Shown: in pieces, positions 38,432 to 51,680 of the stretch | Numbering within the stretch: position 1 is the first letter of the stretch | How the letters are laid out: each line of letters opens with the position of its first letter | DNA from: Gekko japonicus | Lineage: Eukaryota | Direction: 5' to 3' | Assembly (NCBI RefSeq): GCF_001447785.1 | Contig: NW_015164247.1 | Location: forward strand, 92,600 to 156,599 | Length of the DNA stretch: 64,000 nt | Notes under the pieces: model-generated | Seen by the model: the letters and a program-made list of their open reading frames with translations, nothing else | Database searches by the model: none | Told to the model about the DNA's origin: nothing | Translations under genes and position numbers: made by a program

Positions 38432-40348
38432 TATACACATAAGATTAATCAACTGAACTCACTTTTTAAACTAATAATGTATTTTAAATAAATTAGTAAT
38501 TCTTTAAAACTATAAATCACATAGTCTGAAGATCATCTAGTTCACGGGTGCCAAATATGAATATGATTCCTTCCCACTGCAGAGGCAAAAGAACCAGACT
38601 CATAATTCCGAAGCAAGAAACTCCCCGCACACACACTAGCATTCATCACTGAACAAAGGCCACAATCACATGTTATACAAATTTCTCCTTTTGTGTCCTG
38701 GGCAGCAAGGCTCAAGTTTTGTAGGACAACAGACAGGCAATCAGACAAAAAAGGGCAGTATCCAGGGGTAAAGACAGGAGCTGAAGGCTAAGAATCTCCC
38801 CAGGAGACAGGGCTTAGAGAACTGGGGCTTACTTAGTAATAAGCTACTAGCCAGACTAAGTACAAGGTGGTTGAACAGAAGTGTTAAACCAGCAAATGGT
38901 TTAACTGCAGGCCAATATAGGGAACTGAGAGTCCCACCCTCTCCTGTAGGCAGGGCTAGGTCCTTGATCCTGCAAAGAAACTAGTGCTAGGTCCCTGATT
39001 CTGCTAAGTTCTGCAGAGCTGCATCTTATTCCTGAGAGAGACTGGATTGGGGGATATTCCAAATTGCCAAGTGTATATTCCAGACTTCAGCTCTGGTCCT
39101 TTGCCTTCTCTGTTCCTGGGGGAGACTCTGGTGGTATAGGAGGTGGACAGGCCCATTCAGGAGGTTCCTGGTCTGCTGGTTCCAAGTTTGAATGGAAGCC
39201 TGTGATGAAGAGTAGAAAGCTGGTATGCCCACGGAGTGCATGAAGCCTCAGGTGTCTTGGGGAACATGGGGATCTCCTTGTCTTCTGAGAAATCTTCTTC
39301 CCAAGTGCAGGCTGGGAACTACAGGTCTTGAGATTCATAAACATTGGCAAATGTAAATTCCACTCTGACCACTGGTTGTTGGAGACCTCCTGCCCTCTCT
39401 ACCTGTCACCCCGTAACTGGGAGGTGGTAGAAACATGGTGGGCAAAATGGAGCACATGCTATCTGCATCCCTGGTGTGATAACATATCTTCCAGTGTGAC
39501 CCGGATGTGACAGCATCACACATGCTCTAGCATTTGCCCAAAATTCTATGGTTAAACTATGGAGTTTGGGTGAATGCTATACCCCCAAGTGTGATGACAT
39601 CATTTGCTGGTCATGGCAGAAGTTATGTCATCACACTAGAGACACTGACCTTGTGCACACCCACCATAAGTCCCTGCCTCCCTCACCCACTCTCCCCACA
39701 TAAATCAAAGAAAGTAGAAGCCACTGGTAAGTCAGCCCCTTGGTTCTACTAAAGTCATTGCTCACTAGCTCTGAAGATGTTCAAAGTATTAGAATATTTG
39801 GAGTGGGCTTACATTCTGTTACGGCTGCTGAGCCTTAAGTTTGACAGTATTGATAGTTCATTTTCATGCCTCATGAAGCTTTTCAGTAGACCACCTTATA
39901 AGGTTATTCCATGCCTTTGCTCTGACATTATACTATGCCAGGAGGGAAGAACAAATTTCCCCGTACCAGTAATACTTCTAAAATCCAAGGAACAGTACAG
40001 CTAGATAGCCCAGGAAGTGTAAACAAGAGGCCAACTAACCTGTATACAATTCCTTCTGGCTAATTTTCAGGACTGAGGTTCTAAGCAGAATTTCCTTATC
40101 CTCTCTTGTAGGACATTAGGCAAATGCAGTAGGACCCACCTAATGCAAAAGGTTTCCATTCTTTGCAATACAAGGACTTTGGGAAATAGCAGTAAATGCA
40201 AGATGAAATATTACACTTCAGTAGTTTGCATTTACAATAAATCATCATCTCTTTTTTGGTGGCACAGTTAGAAAAATCTATTAATTTTTACATGTTCTGT
40301 CAATATTTGTTACTAAAATCATTTGAATGCTATCTAGTTCCCAATTAC

Positions 40349-40466
40349 CATGTGCTCGAAGCAAAGCTTCTGCTGTAAACAGCGGGGCTTGAAGCATGTC
40401 TGCAGATTCTACAATCAGCATATCCTTGAGCCTCCGCAGGTCCTGAGGTCTTAGTCCTTCATATGG
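40349..40466 (-). CDS. ANKIB1: ANKIB1 coding exon 4 (118 nt; PYEGLRPQ...ALLRAH)
   Basis: Acceptor ttttgaAG, donor G|GTAATT; ORF 40281..40490. Confidence 0.96.
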
Positions 40467-42845
40467 CTTCAAAAGGAAACAAAAAGTCATATTAACAATG
40501 ACATATACTAGAAATGTCTCTCATTTAGAAAGTGGTAGACCTCTTTCTGATAACAGTAGGCTACTGATTTTACTTACATCAGTTGAACAGAACCACATCC
40601 TGTTTTACAAGAAAGCCTGAATGTGAGAAATGGAATTTCTGTGGGCCTACTTACTAAATTTTATGTCAACAAGAAAATGACCGGCTATGTGTTCTTTGCA
40701 AAAGAGACACATAATGAATATGAGGAATGGAGTTTGCTCCCACAAGCATAGCACTGTTTAAAATGGACCACTGCACAATAGCTCTATGGGGGGGGGGAGA
40801 GAGAAAGAAAGCACTCATGTGAAATAAAATAAGGCACTCTGAATTGCATATTCAAACAAAGCTCCCACATGATTCTACTATGAAATGGGTATGACTGACT
40901 GTTCCTTATTACCACTATACTTAAAAGGATTCTCTACTTTTAAAGAGTCTATTAAAAATAGTATAAAGGCAATTAAAGCAAATAAATACAATTTACATGA
41001 GTCATTTTGTAATAAAACAAGTTAATTACTTATTCTGAATGGGAAACATAATTAACTGATTAATTATACCACTGACACAGATGTGACTTTAAAGTACTTT
41101 TCCTTGGCTTCACTGTTGGTTTCTTTATTTGATAAGAGCTAGGCTGTGGGCCTGTGCTGGCTCAACACATTTTGCTACTCACCTGGCAGCCATACTAATT
41201 GCCATGGTTGCTTTGGCAAACAAAAAGACTCTCACAAGAGGAAGGAATTTCATGACAGTTCTGGAAGCCCTACAGGGCATGCATGGTTTGCCATGCTGTT
41301 TTTAAAGTCTCAAGACTGGGAGATACAAAGTGGAACCATTAGTAATTCCAGGTCCTGGATAAAGTCAGTGGAGAAAGAGGAGAGAGCTTGTTAACCACCA
41401 CCAACATCACCCCTTTTCCAACTGAGTTGCCTGTCTAAAGTTGGTCTCATGATAGAGCTGGTCCTGGCACAAAAGCTAAATCCCTTCTAAGTAGAAGGGG
41501 TTATTTCAAGATGGTATTCTGCATATTAACCAGACAGTACAAGAAAACCTTACTCACATTGCTCACTTGTGCACATTCTTCCATGTCTTCATGTGAATAA
41601 TTACAATAGTGGAGAGGTCACAGAACAAGGTCATGGCAGAGCAGCAGAGAATTTGCTTTGCATTCGAAAGTTTGCAAATTTAATTCTCAGCGGCTCCAGT
41701 TGAAAGGATCAGGTAGTAGGTAAAGTGAAACACCTCTTCCTGAGACTCTGGAGAGCCACTGCTAGTTGAAGTAAACAATACTGACCATAGTGGATCAATG
41801 CTCTGACTCGGTATAAAGAGGCTTCATGTCTGTGCTGCATACATGAAATGTGTGGCTCTGCCGATGCCCTATATTTAAAGTCACCTTGTTCTCATACAAG
41901 AGTCAAACCAAGCTGCCTTTTATTTTGTAGATCTAGAAAATGAAGATTAGCATTTTCTATTTACGGACTAAAGTAGTGAACCGGAAAACCAGCAGTGAAG
42001 GTGAAATGATCAAATATAGCACAAAATATAGTCAGTTGCTATAATTGCTTTTTATATTAATTAGGTTACAGCGAGCTTTCTTTGTCTTTCATTATTAGTT
42101 TAATAAGATTAACTCTCCTCAAAATTAAAATGTGTTTTTAAAACTTTATTGTATTGTAATACGGACAGAATTCTGGAGCCAGACTTTAGCCCATTGAACT
42201 GTTCCCTGTTAAGGATAGATTCACTAGGCTTTTGGGGAACTGGGCCATGGTTGTTGTAGGCTGCTTCCAAAGAATGGGGATTCTCTGTGTTCTTTTCATC
42301 ACTGCTGCAAATGCGGAAGTCTGCGTGTTGGCAAGGAAGGTTCCACATGCAGGAGTCATCTGTGCACTTTCCACATTGGCTCTGAGGTACAACATCATAA
42401 TGACTGCTGCAGTGATTTGCCCCTCCCTTTTCTTCATGCATGCACTATAGTGTTATAACAGTGATATAAAACTTTGAAACAGATAAGAGGCAACAGATTG
42501 AAATAGCACCACAGCAGTTACCAATGTTTAAAAAAAGCTCAAAAAGCCCCCCAGTGGTGCAGCAGTGGGAAAATGAACACCATTCCTTCCAGACAGAGTG
42601 CTAACGTGCTTAGTCAGTGTTCTTTCCAAAAAGACTGGAGTAAAACAGGTTTGGGAGACAGCCTGGAAATATGATTATTGCATGACATCACTTGGAAGCC
42701 CTACCACTAAAACTCCAGTTTAGATGCCAAGGTGAAAAAAACACCATTTCTGCTAATTTATGTTTTTCCTAATTGGTCAAAGTGCTTTACATTCATTTTC
42801 TATCTAGCTCTTAAAAAAATTATGTTAAGTAGATTATTATTATTA

Positions 42846-43319
42846 CTAGGAAGCAAAGCCCATTGCGGAGAAAGATAACGAGCCCTAGAAAGGTAGGAAG
42901 GGTGGGAGGATGAAAGTGGGGGGGGGGAGGCAAAAACGGGCCTGCGGCGGCCAGCTCAGCACTGCCGCCGCCCTTCACCTGCTCCCCCCGCAGGCCCCTG
43001 AAGCCGGGGGGAGGCGAAAACAGGCCCGCAGCGGCTGGCTCAGTGCCACCGCCACCCTTCACCTGCTCCCCCCACAGGCCTCTGAAGCCCGGGAGAGGGG
43101 AAGAGGTAAAAACGGGCCCGCGACGGCCGGCTCAGCGCTGCCGCTGTCCTTCACCTGCTCCCCCCGCAGGCCTCTGAAGCCGGGGGCAGTGGTGGTGTGG
43201 GTGGGATGCGGGCTTCGCCTGATTTGCAGGCAGATGCTGAGTGGCAGTTCAAGCCGCCAACCACTGTTGGCGCACATCGAACGTTGGAGGCCAAAACGGC
43301 ATTATTATAAGGGACAGGA
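42846..43319 (-). mobile_element. Non-autonomous Helitron with internal GC-rich tandem repeat (3 units of about 85-90 bp)
   Basis: Minus strand A|TCCTGTCCCTTATAATAA...decayed hairpin...CTTCCTAG|T; no TSD. Confidence 0.7.
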
Positions 43320-44546
43320 TCAGCGGCCTAATTTTACAAGATGCATGGCTGAGAGACACTGATGATTACCACCTCCCAGAACTTGTGCAGGAGCAAGATT
43401 GGAGATGTCTGAATAGAAATTTGTTTTTAGCCATAGGCCATTACAAACCAAGGATAACAACAGAGAGGGATGCTATAAATACGAACATTGGTATGAAATA
43501 GAGTAAAATTTAAGATATAATAAAACCATAAAATCTTAATAAAATAAACCAAGGATATAGGCAATTAATTGAATCAAAAGGTGTCTGCTAAGGTCATTGA
43601 TAGCACAGCTTATGGCAAAAATTGGCAAAACTGGATATTGATCGGGGATGTCTTAAACGCAGTTAAGGACTGGGAGTAGGCTTTGTGTGGAATCAAGAAC
43701 TCTCTTTGCTTTCATGAATTCTCTTTCCCAGCTTAACTCATGGAGACCACAGAAGGGAGAGCAGGAGGCAGCTGGGCAATTCTGCCTCATGCTGAGCTGA
43801 GCTTCAGCTGAGAGTCCAGTTTCTCTCAGTTTCCCACTGCCACAGCTCAAGCAATCACAAGGAGGCCAAGGAACAGCTAAATGCCCTTCCATTCTGCCAT
43901 TAGATTTATAGCCAGGTTTGACTTGACTGCAGACCATTCTAATGACTGCAACTGAAAGCCTCGATCAAAGGTTAGAATTTAAAACCTCGCCCTGCCTGGG
44001 GTGCTATGAAAAATTCAGATTAATACATTTTAATGTGTTTATGAAGTTAAACGTAACAACAGAAGGCAGATTCATAATATCGACAAGGTCTGTAATATTT
44101 TGGTGTTCTATGTAACATCATATTTTAGTTCTCTGAAATCACTCTTATATACTTGAAATATCATGTAAAATATTAATTAAGACATCATTTTCTTTTCTAC
44201 AGATTATTGAACCTATCATTTCAAAGTTCCAAAATCCATGCTGCAAAACTGGTAACTTATTTAGTTATTTCCTAGATTATTAGACGTAATAAAACCAGCT
44301 CTATATGATAATTCAATTCCTGTTATCAGTTAAGCAGAGAAACTTTCAGTGCTATTTCCTTCTATATGTGCATTCTAGAGCTGTTTGAACCCTTAAAGAT
44401 ATCTGACAGTGTTCTTCCTCTGCAACAGATACAGATCAAGAATATATTTATTCTTAGTACATGAGCGGACAAAGTACACTTTTGTGACAAATGGATTAGG
44501 TAGGCATAGCTCAATTCAGAGTAATCAGATACAAGTTGTATTTCAC

Positions 44547-44729
44547 CTCTCTTTTGTCTAAAGCAGCATATTCTGCTTCAATGCTTTCAGCTTCAGGATC
44601 TCGTGAGAACACCATCTGGGATTCTAGATTGAGTGCCAATTCTTTGTGATGCTGCTTCTCTGCACAATCACAAGGAGTATCTTTATTTTCATTTTCAGCG
44701 AACAAGTCTCCACCATGTTTCACTAGAAG
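44547..44729 (-). CDS. ANKIB1: ANKIB1 coding exon 3 (183 nt; LLVKHGG...ALDKRE)
   Basis: Acceptor ttttcAG, donor GAG|GTGAAA; ORF 44511..44723. Confidence 0.97.
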
Positions 44730-45120
44730 CTGAAAAGTAAACAGAAAGATACTTTATCTACTGGAATTATCTATATACATCCTTGGAAATCCATCTTGAA
44801 TCCATATTTGTCACAAACCAGATGAAAACTAACCAAGATGGAAGCCATCCAGAGAACTAAACATAAGAAAGATTACCTAAACATAACCCACCATAACCTA
44901 CTATGGGGGGGGGGGGAAATGAAGATACTTGAACAAACTGGCTTTCCCCAGTGACTGACTGAAGCCTGGAAAAGATGAAGAATACTGAGAATTTAACAAA
45001 AAAACACACTAGATTTTTTCCCCATCATTCACCAAGAAAAGCTGATGAAGTAACTCAGACATGAAAACAATTTGAGAGACAATTCTGACATGGCACCAGA
45101 ATTTTGAATGAGGTAACTAA

Positions 45121-45208
45121 CAGTGCCATCCTAAACAGGGTTATACCCTTCTAAGCCCATTCACTTCAATGGACTTTAAAGGGTTGAACTTTGCTTAGGA
45201 TAGCACTG
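45121..45208. repeat. Palindromic MITE-like repeat of about 88 bp (related copies at about 1690-1768, 22905-22990, 32160-32220)
   Basis: cagtgccatcctaa...ttaggatagcactg, imperfect self-complementarity. Confidence 0.65.
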
Positions 45209-47130
45209 TGAGCTTCTAAGACTGGAGTTCTCAAAACTGAGAAATGTTGAGGAAAGATAGCTGGCACTGCCACAAAACAGCTGCCATAGGGAACATGGTA
45301 GACTCTTTGCTCTTCTGTTCTGTTGCAGCTTTGCATCTTCCAAAGAAAGGGAAGGACTAGTTCCCTTTGTGACCACAGGGAGAGGCTGCCAAGGTAAGAA
45401 ACATCAGGAAGTCTGTGATTGTGATTGTGGCCAAGTTCAAAGTACATGGCTTTGATGCGCCTGCTAGGGAGGACCTCCACGTTTTATGAGTCAGTCAGCC
45501 GGTACGGAGTGAGCCAAAGCTCCCCTTCCCCAGTTTCAATCAAGATCCTTTCAATGTTTTCCCTTTATGATTCAAATACAACACCAAAAATCACACTGGG
45601 GATTGCTGCTTCAAATTCTCAACTATACTAGTAATCTATGTCTAATTTCTGAACTGGGGGTGGGGGGGCTCATTAATCAATTTCCTGATCTCTCTCCTCA
45701 AACTCTTCAATTTTAGGGGAGGACAATGTCCAAACACTTCTTTTTTCCTAAAACCAACACCATCGATCCATGTAAACCAATATCATGGCTACCATGGACA
45801 AAAACAAGACAACAGAGAGAAAAATGCCAGCTTTGAAAGTTCTGGTTTAAGTGTACAGTAACACATACAAAACTGCTCATTTTAGTGACACATAAATATA
45901 GCTAATACTATGATTGCAAAAGGCTTGTCACTGAAGTACGACAAAGCTATCTGATTTGAATTCCTCTGAGAAACCCAATAAACATTTTAACTGGTGGAAC
46001 AATGTACACAATCATCCATAAAGAATGGTGATCGGTTGAACTAGTATTTGGAGGCTTAGTTTAAGCCAATTTAATTCACACCCTTTGCTCACGAACTGGT
46101 ATTGTGGCAACAGTACTTCTAGGATCAAACAGATGGGCTACAAAGGCTGTTCCAATGCCAAATTTTATGGATTTAGTTCATGCGCCATGGCATAACCGTA
46201 ACCATACTCAAGCCTCATTTCCTCTTTCTTGGCAAACCACCATTTGCCTTTACACGATGGCTTGTACTCACCAGTTCGTCCACTTGACATATGAGAAAAT
46301 GAGGGAGGGAGCACATGAGTCAGCAGCACGTTCCTCATCCTTCAAATCATAGGAATGTTAATGTCTAAATAAGCAAGGACCAGTACAACAGCTTCTGCCA
46401 GTGACAACCCCTTCCTCTGTATCGCTAGTACAAATAATGAAAGTCAGGCTCCCTGTATACACTTTCCTGCAAGTAAACTCCAAGCAAGAAGGTAAAAGAG
46501 AATATGCACTGGCAAGGTTCAGAGGCAGCTGACTTGTAAAGCTCTATAGAACTGAGCCCATCAATTTGCAAGTTTCCTGTAAAATTAAGGCAAGCCTAAT
46601 AAAATGGGCCAGTTGGCTGTGCCACTTGAAAAGAATGTAACAGGACGTTTTGGATCAAATGTTTAATTAGGTAGATTGAACTGCAGATAGGTAGCTTCAT
46701 GAATACACCCCTATGTTAACCTACTTTCAGCATGCAAATCAGCTTTTAAGCTGTCAAGCACAGTGTGCTCAGAAGGAGGTAACTTTCAGGGCAGAATGGT
46801 CAGACAAAACTCCATTTGTTACTGTATCTAATAAAACATCTTGGGACTATTTTTGTGGACCTCCCCATTAAGAAGATTAATCAGAATATACCATACAATA
46901 AATGTAAAAAACACTACAATTTTATTTACTATCAACTCTCAGCTTTACGAATTTTCACTTTATGAATTTTACAGAAACATTCCCAAAAGGAAGTGATAAA
47001 GTAGCAAAGTACATAGACTCCCCCCCTGACGTGTGGCTATTTTCATGACATATACAAACATAACACTGTGGCTGCTATTTCATCATTTGTTTTTCACATA
47101 CAATATTAAATGCTTTTTAATAGTAACATC

Positions 47131-47635
47131 CAGGGGTCATTTCGTAGAAAAAGAGCTAGGGGAACTCATTAGCATAACTTATTAGAATATGCCATACCCC
47201 CTGACATCACCGGAAGTGTGTCATAAGGCCACTCCCCCTGACATCACCGGAAGTGTGTCATAAGGCCACTCCCCCTGACATCACTGGAGGTGTGTCATAA
47301 GGCCACACACCCCGCCCCCAATGGTCCCGGCCGCCGCCGCCGGCCTTGCAGCTCCACTGCCGAGCCCCATGAAGGGCCCGGCGGTGGACCTGCAAGGCCG
47401 GCGGGAGTGCAAGGAAGCCCCGCGAAGGCCCTCCATGGCCCCAGGCAGGCAGGGATGGGGAGAGGCAGGGAGGAAGCAACTTACCCTCCCTCTTCTCCTG
47501 CCTCCTCCTGGCTGAATGAGGGCCGGAGGTGAGGCGGCCGGAAGCAGGGGGAGGGGCTTCGTCATGTGCCCCGCTCCCCTGTACCTCACCCGGGGGAACT
47601 GCGTCCCCCCGCGTTCCCCCCCGAAATGACCTCTG
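47131..47635. mobile_element. hAT-type MITE with three 37-bp internal tandem repeats
   Basis: Ends CAGGGGTCATTTCG/CGAAATGACCTCTG; perfect 8-bp TSD gtaacatc; unit ccccctgacatcaccggaagtgtgtcataaggccact. Confidence 0.92.
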
Positions 47636-47746
47636 GTAACATCATTAGCTAGAGTTGGTCTTCTTTACCCCTTTGTCTGCCTTATCTTTTAGAACAGATA
47701 CATGCTTTGTAGTTAGTTCTATTATACATTTGAAATTACAGTTTAC

Positions 47747-48047
47747 CTCTACACAGGTCTTCATCCCTGAGGCAGCAGCATAGTGCAATGGTGTATTTTT
47801 TTTGTTATCTACAGCATCAATAGCTGCTCTTTCATACTCTCCTTGGTCAAGCTTTGCTCCTTTCCATTTCAAGATCATCTGCAAACAATCTGCTCTTCTG
47901 AAATCGTCCTCAAAGGGCCGAGTCAAGCGAGGCTGAAGAACTCCATCCGATATCATAATTTGAGGTCCCATACAAAGCAAGTGCATAGACGTCTCATTGT
48001 GCACATTCTGTTTATTTGGGTTTCCATCTCTAACAAAAAGAAAAGTC
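47747..48047 (-). CDS. ANKIB1: ANKIB1 coding exon 2 (301 nt; [12 protein letters not shown]...GMKTCVE)
   Basis: Acceptor catgtAG|G, donor GAG|GTAAAC; ankyrin motif [11 protein letters not shown]. Confidence 0.97.
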
Positions 48048-49169
48048 CTACATGGAAAAAGCAAAGCAGTAGTTTAATGTTAATGTTTGCTGTTTATGAC
48101 TCTGAGTGCAAAAACAGTGAAGACAACAAATAAATAAATAATATTAATGTGATCCAACTTCTTGGAACAGCACAAGTGAAAATAAAATAAATCAAATAGG
48201 CCCATTTTTAAAGGAAAATAAGGGCTTCCATATGCCTCTGTTTATGAACAACGATAATGTGTGATGGACACCTGCAGCTTCACACTAGGTCCCCTGGCTA
48301 CTTGACTGCAGGCAGGCTCCTTGTTGATCCTCCATGACTTCTTATTATGCAACTGTCCTGCCTCAACATCTTCCTCTTGTTCCTGGCCTGCATGTTCCCT
48401 CACATGTCTGTGCCTATATCCGACCCAGGCCCGGTGTCCCAACTGGGAGCCCCGGCCAGAGAGGGACCTCCTTTACTTTGGCAGCCCTCTTCATTGGCTC
48501 TCTTCTCCCCACCTTCTGTGAATGGCAACCCGAGGCCACCTGCCAGCCCTCCACACACCATCAGCTCCTCACAGGCCTCTTCCCTGCTGGCCTCTGGGGC
48601 TCCTTGCAGGCCACTGCCTCCCCCACTCCTCAGGTTCATTCCAGCCTCTGGCTTCCCTGGCCTTGGTGGCTGCTGTCCCAGGTCCACTCTGGCTTCAGCT
48701 GCCTTCCCTCCCTCAGGGCAGATGCTATCTCCATCCCTGCTGCACCACAGTGCTGTCACCTTTTCTTGCCTTGGCCCTCCTTCATCTGGCCTGGCCTTTT
48801 GACAGCCAGGGCAGTCAGAGTGGGCCCTGCCCTCTTGCCAGCATCCCAGTGGCTCTATTAACCCACCAGTCTACTCTTCCAGCTGGGCCATTAGGAGCAC
48901 CACAACCCACCCCAGGCTCCACAGGGTCATTCATAACTGCACCATCTCACAATCACAAGTGAAACAAACTTACTGTGTACAGCTCAGCAACACTTGTTTG
49001 CATCTGATGTAATAATGATCTATTATTAATCAATATTAACTATTAAAGTTCGTAATTATAAATTATATTTAGTAATATTAAAAATTTCAGAAATACCTGA
49101 ATAGAAAAGGCAAAACATGCACAAGTGTTATGAAAAAATGCCCTCTAATGTGACTCTGCAAGATATTTA

Positions 49170-49362
49170 TTTTTGCCATCAAGTCGCAGTTGACTTACGG
49201 TGACCTCGTAAGAGACTTCAGAAGTGGTTTGCTATTGCCTGCCTCTGCATAGTGACCCTGGTATTCCTTGGTAGACTCCCACCCGAATTCTGATCGGGGC
49301 CAACCCCGCTTAGCTTTCAATATCTGATGAGATTGGGCTAGGCAGTGTTATGCAGATCAGGG
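49170..49362 (-). mobile_element. 5S rRNA-derived SINE (5S-Sauria-like)
   Basis: Reverse-complement copy of the 9860-10066 family. Confidence 0.75.
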
Positions 49363-49544
49363 AAAGTATTTATACTAGCACACAAAACACTAAAATGAGT
49401 TTTGAAGAACCATGTATTATATTGGAACTGCAAATTCTGTGAAAGCAAAAAAACCCTCAAACCCACACCCTCAGATACTACCAGGTATCTGGTACTGCTT
49501 TAAACAAACCAAATTGCAAACACTGCAACTTTCATTTAAAGACT

Positions 49545-51560
49545 TTTATTTTTTAAATGTTTTATTTTTCTTTAAGAAAAGGTGGGATAAAGAAAGGAAG
49601 AAAGGGTAGAGGGAAAATATAGATTCATCAGGTTTGTCATATATTATGAGTTGTTACGTACAACAAGTAAAATCAGACGAATTACCAAATGTATTACATA
49701 TTTCAAATATAGAAGCAGACAATAAAAATCAATGTTACAGAATTTTGGGATAGATTCTGGCTATAAAGAATAAACAAGAACTTTCCTAAAGTTAGCGATA
49801 ATCTCTTAACAATAAAAGAGATCATATCTTTAACAACTGAATGAACTTCTATGCTAAAATTAAACCATTGTAAAAACCTTAATATTGTCTTGTTTATCTA
49901 AACCTAAATTTATTCTTACAAATTATTTAATTACTAGTGGAATACAAAATAAAGTGTTGAAACTGTAATCAATATCTTCATCACATTTAATATGATATTC
50001 AGGTAATTCCAGAACTTTAAAAAAAGAGGAGGAGGAGATTGGATTTATATCCCGCCCTTCACTACCCAAAGGAGTCTCAGAGCGGCTTCAAAACTCCTTA
50101 CCCTTACTCTCCCCACAACAGATTCCCCCTCCTCCTCCTTCTAAAAAAAGTGAATTATTCCCATCATATGAGTAATAAGCTTGCCATTTCTGCTGAAATT
50201 CTTTCAATGGTCTTTTGTTTATATAATTGGTTACTTTTGCCAGTGTTGCATACCCAGCTGGTTTTTATTTCCAGATCTCTATGGTAGGACATTTCATTGC
50301 AAATATTACTCTGACAGCTGTCAACATATATCTAAGCAGTCTTGTGAGGTTCTGTCTATATTATGTGTAAGATTCCCAGTAACATAGTCTCTGGTTTAAT
50401 CGGGAATTTGGTTTTTAAAATATTTTGAACTTCTTCATGTATATTTTTCCAGTATCTTTTCGTCTTGTTGCAAGTCCACCACCTATAATAAAAGGTGCCA
50501 TCTTCTTTTTTACATTTCCAGCAAGCCCCTTTCTAATTCTTATCCATCTTTGCAATACCTTTTGGGGTGAGGTACCATCCGTAAAACATATTGTACCAGT
50601 TTTCTCTTAATGCTTGGCTAGCAGTGAATCTAACACCTTTAGTCAATAGATTTTCCCAACATTGAAACTATTTCCTCACCAAAATTCTGCATCCATTTAA
50701 TCATGCAAGATTTGACCTGTTCTCCTTCAGAATCATATTGAAGCAATAACTTGTGAATTCGCCCTAATAAATGGTCTTTAGATTGTGAGACAATCTTTTT
50801 AAAATCAGTCAGTTCATTAATAACTCCTCTCTTAGTGCAGATATCATTTTTTAATCTAGAAGCAATTTGAAAGTATATCCACCATTGTATCTCCCTTCTT
50901 CTTTAATCTCTTGCCACATGCCACCTTGCAAGTTTATCATATCACCATGTTATAAAATCATTACTTTCTCCTTGTGTAATTGCCATAATAACCAATAATT
51001 GGTGACATTATTAGTTTTTCGTAGCATTTCCCAAATTTTAAATAAGCTGTCTCTGACTATGTGTGTTTTATCTTGGGTTTTGTTTTTTGATACAGATTTT
51101 TTAAATCCACAGGTAACTATGTAGTCCATCATCAAGATCTGAAGATTCTAATTTTATCAATCTTTCATTGGGATGTCTGATACAATCTGATATCCAAACT
51201 AGCCCAGCGGCTTGGTAATATAATTTAATGTTCGGTATTGCCAGACCACCTCTTTTCTTCTCATATTGCAGTACTTTAAATCTTATTCTTGGCTTCTTAT
51301 CTTTCCATACAAACTTATTTATTTGTCTTTGCCAGTCACTCAAAGTCTTTTCAGGAATTGAAACTGGAATAATCTGTAACAAAAAGTTTAATTTCGGTAG
51401 CACATTCATTTTTATAGCAGAAATTCTTCCTAGCCAGGATAGATGTAATTTGGACCATCTTTCAAAATCTTTTTGTATTTTGGACCAGGTTGTCATGTAA
51501 TTGTCCTTTAATAATGTAACATTCTGTCCCATGAGATATATTCTTAGATATTTGACTGGG
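49545..51560 (-). mobile_element. L1-clade LINE 3' portion (post-RT ORF2, AT-rich 3'UTR); contains a 3' SINE fragment at 50027-50141 with 9-bp TSD taaaaaaag
   Basis: ORF 51101..51532 RWSKLHLSWLGRISAIKMNVLPK...FVWKDKKPRI...GGLAIPNIKLYYQAA. Confidence 0.85.
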
Positions 51561-51680
51561 TTGTTACGTCACATCCTATAAAACATTTGAAGAGAAGATA
51601 ATTTTACCTTTACAAAAAGTTATGAATGATATAAACAAAAGAGTATACTGTCACCATCTTGGCAAGAAGTTCACATAACA

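Noticed and set aside
47196-47306. CRISPR-like array
   Set aside because: Head-to-tail repeats with no unique spacers, inside a eukaryotic MITE
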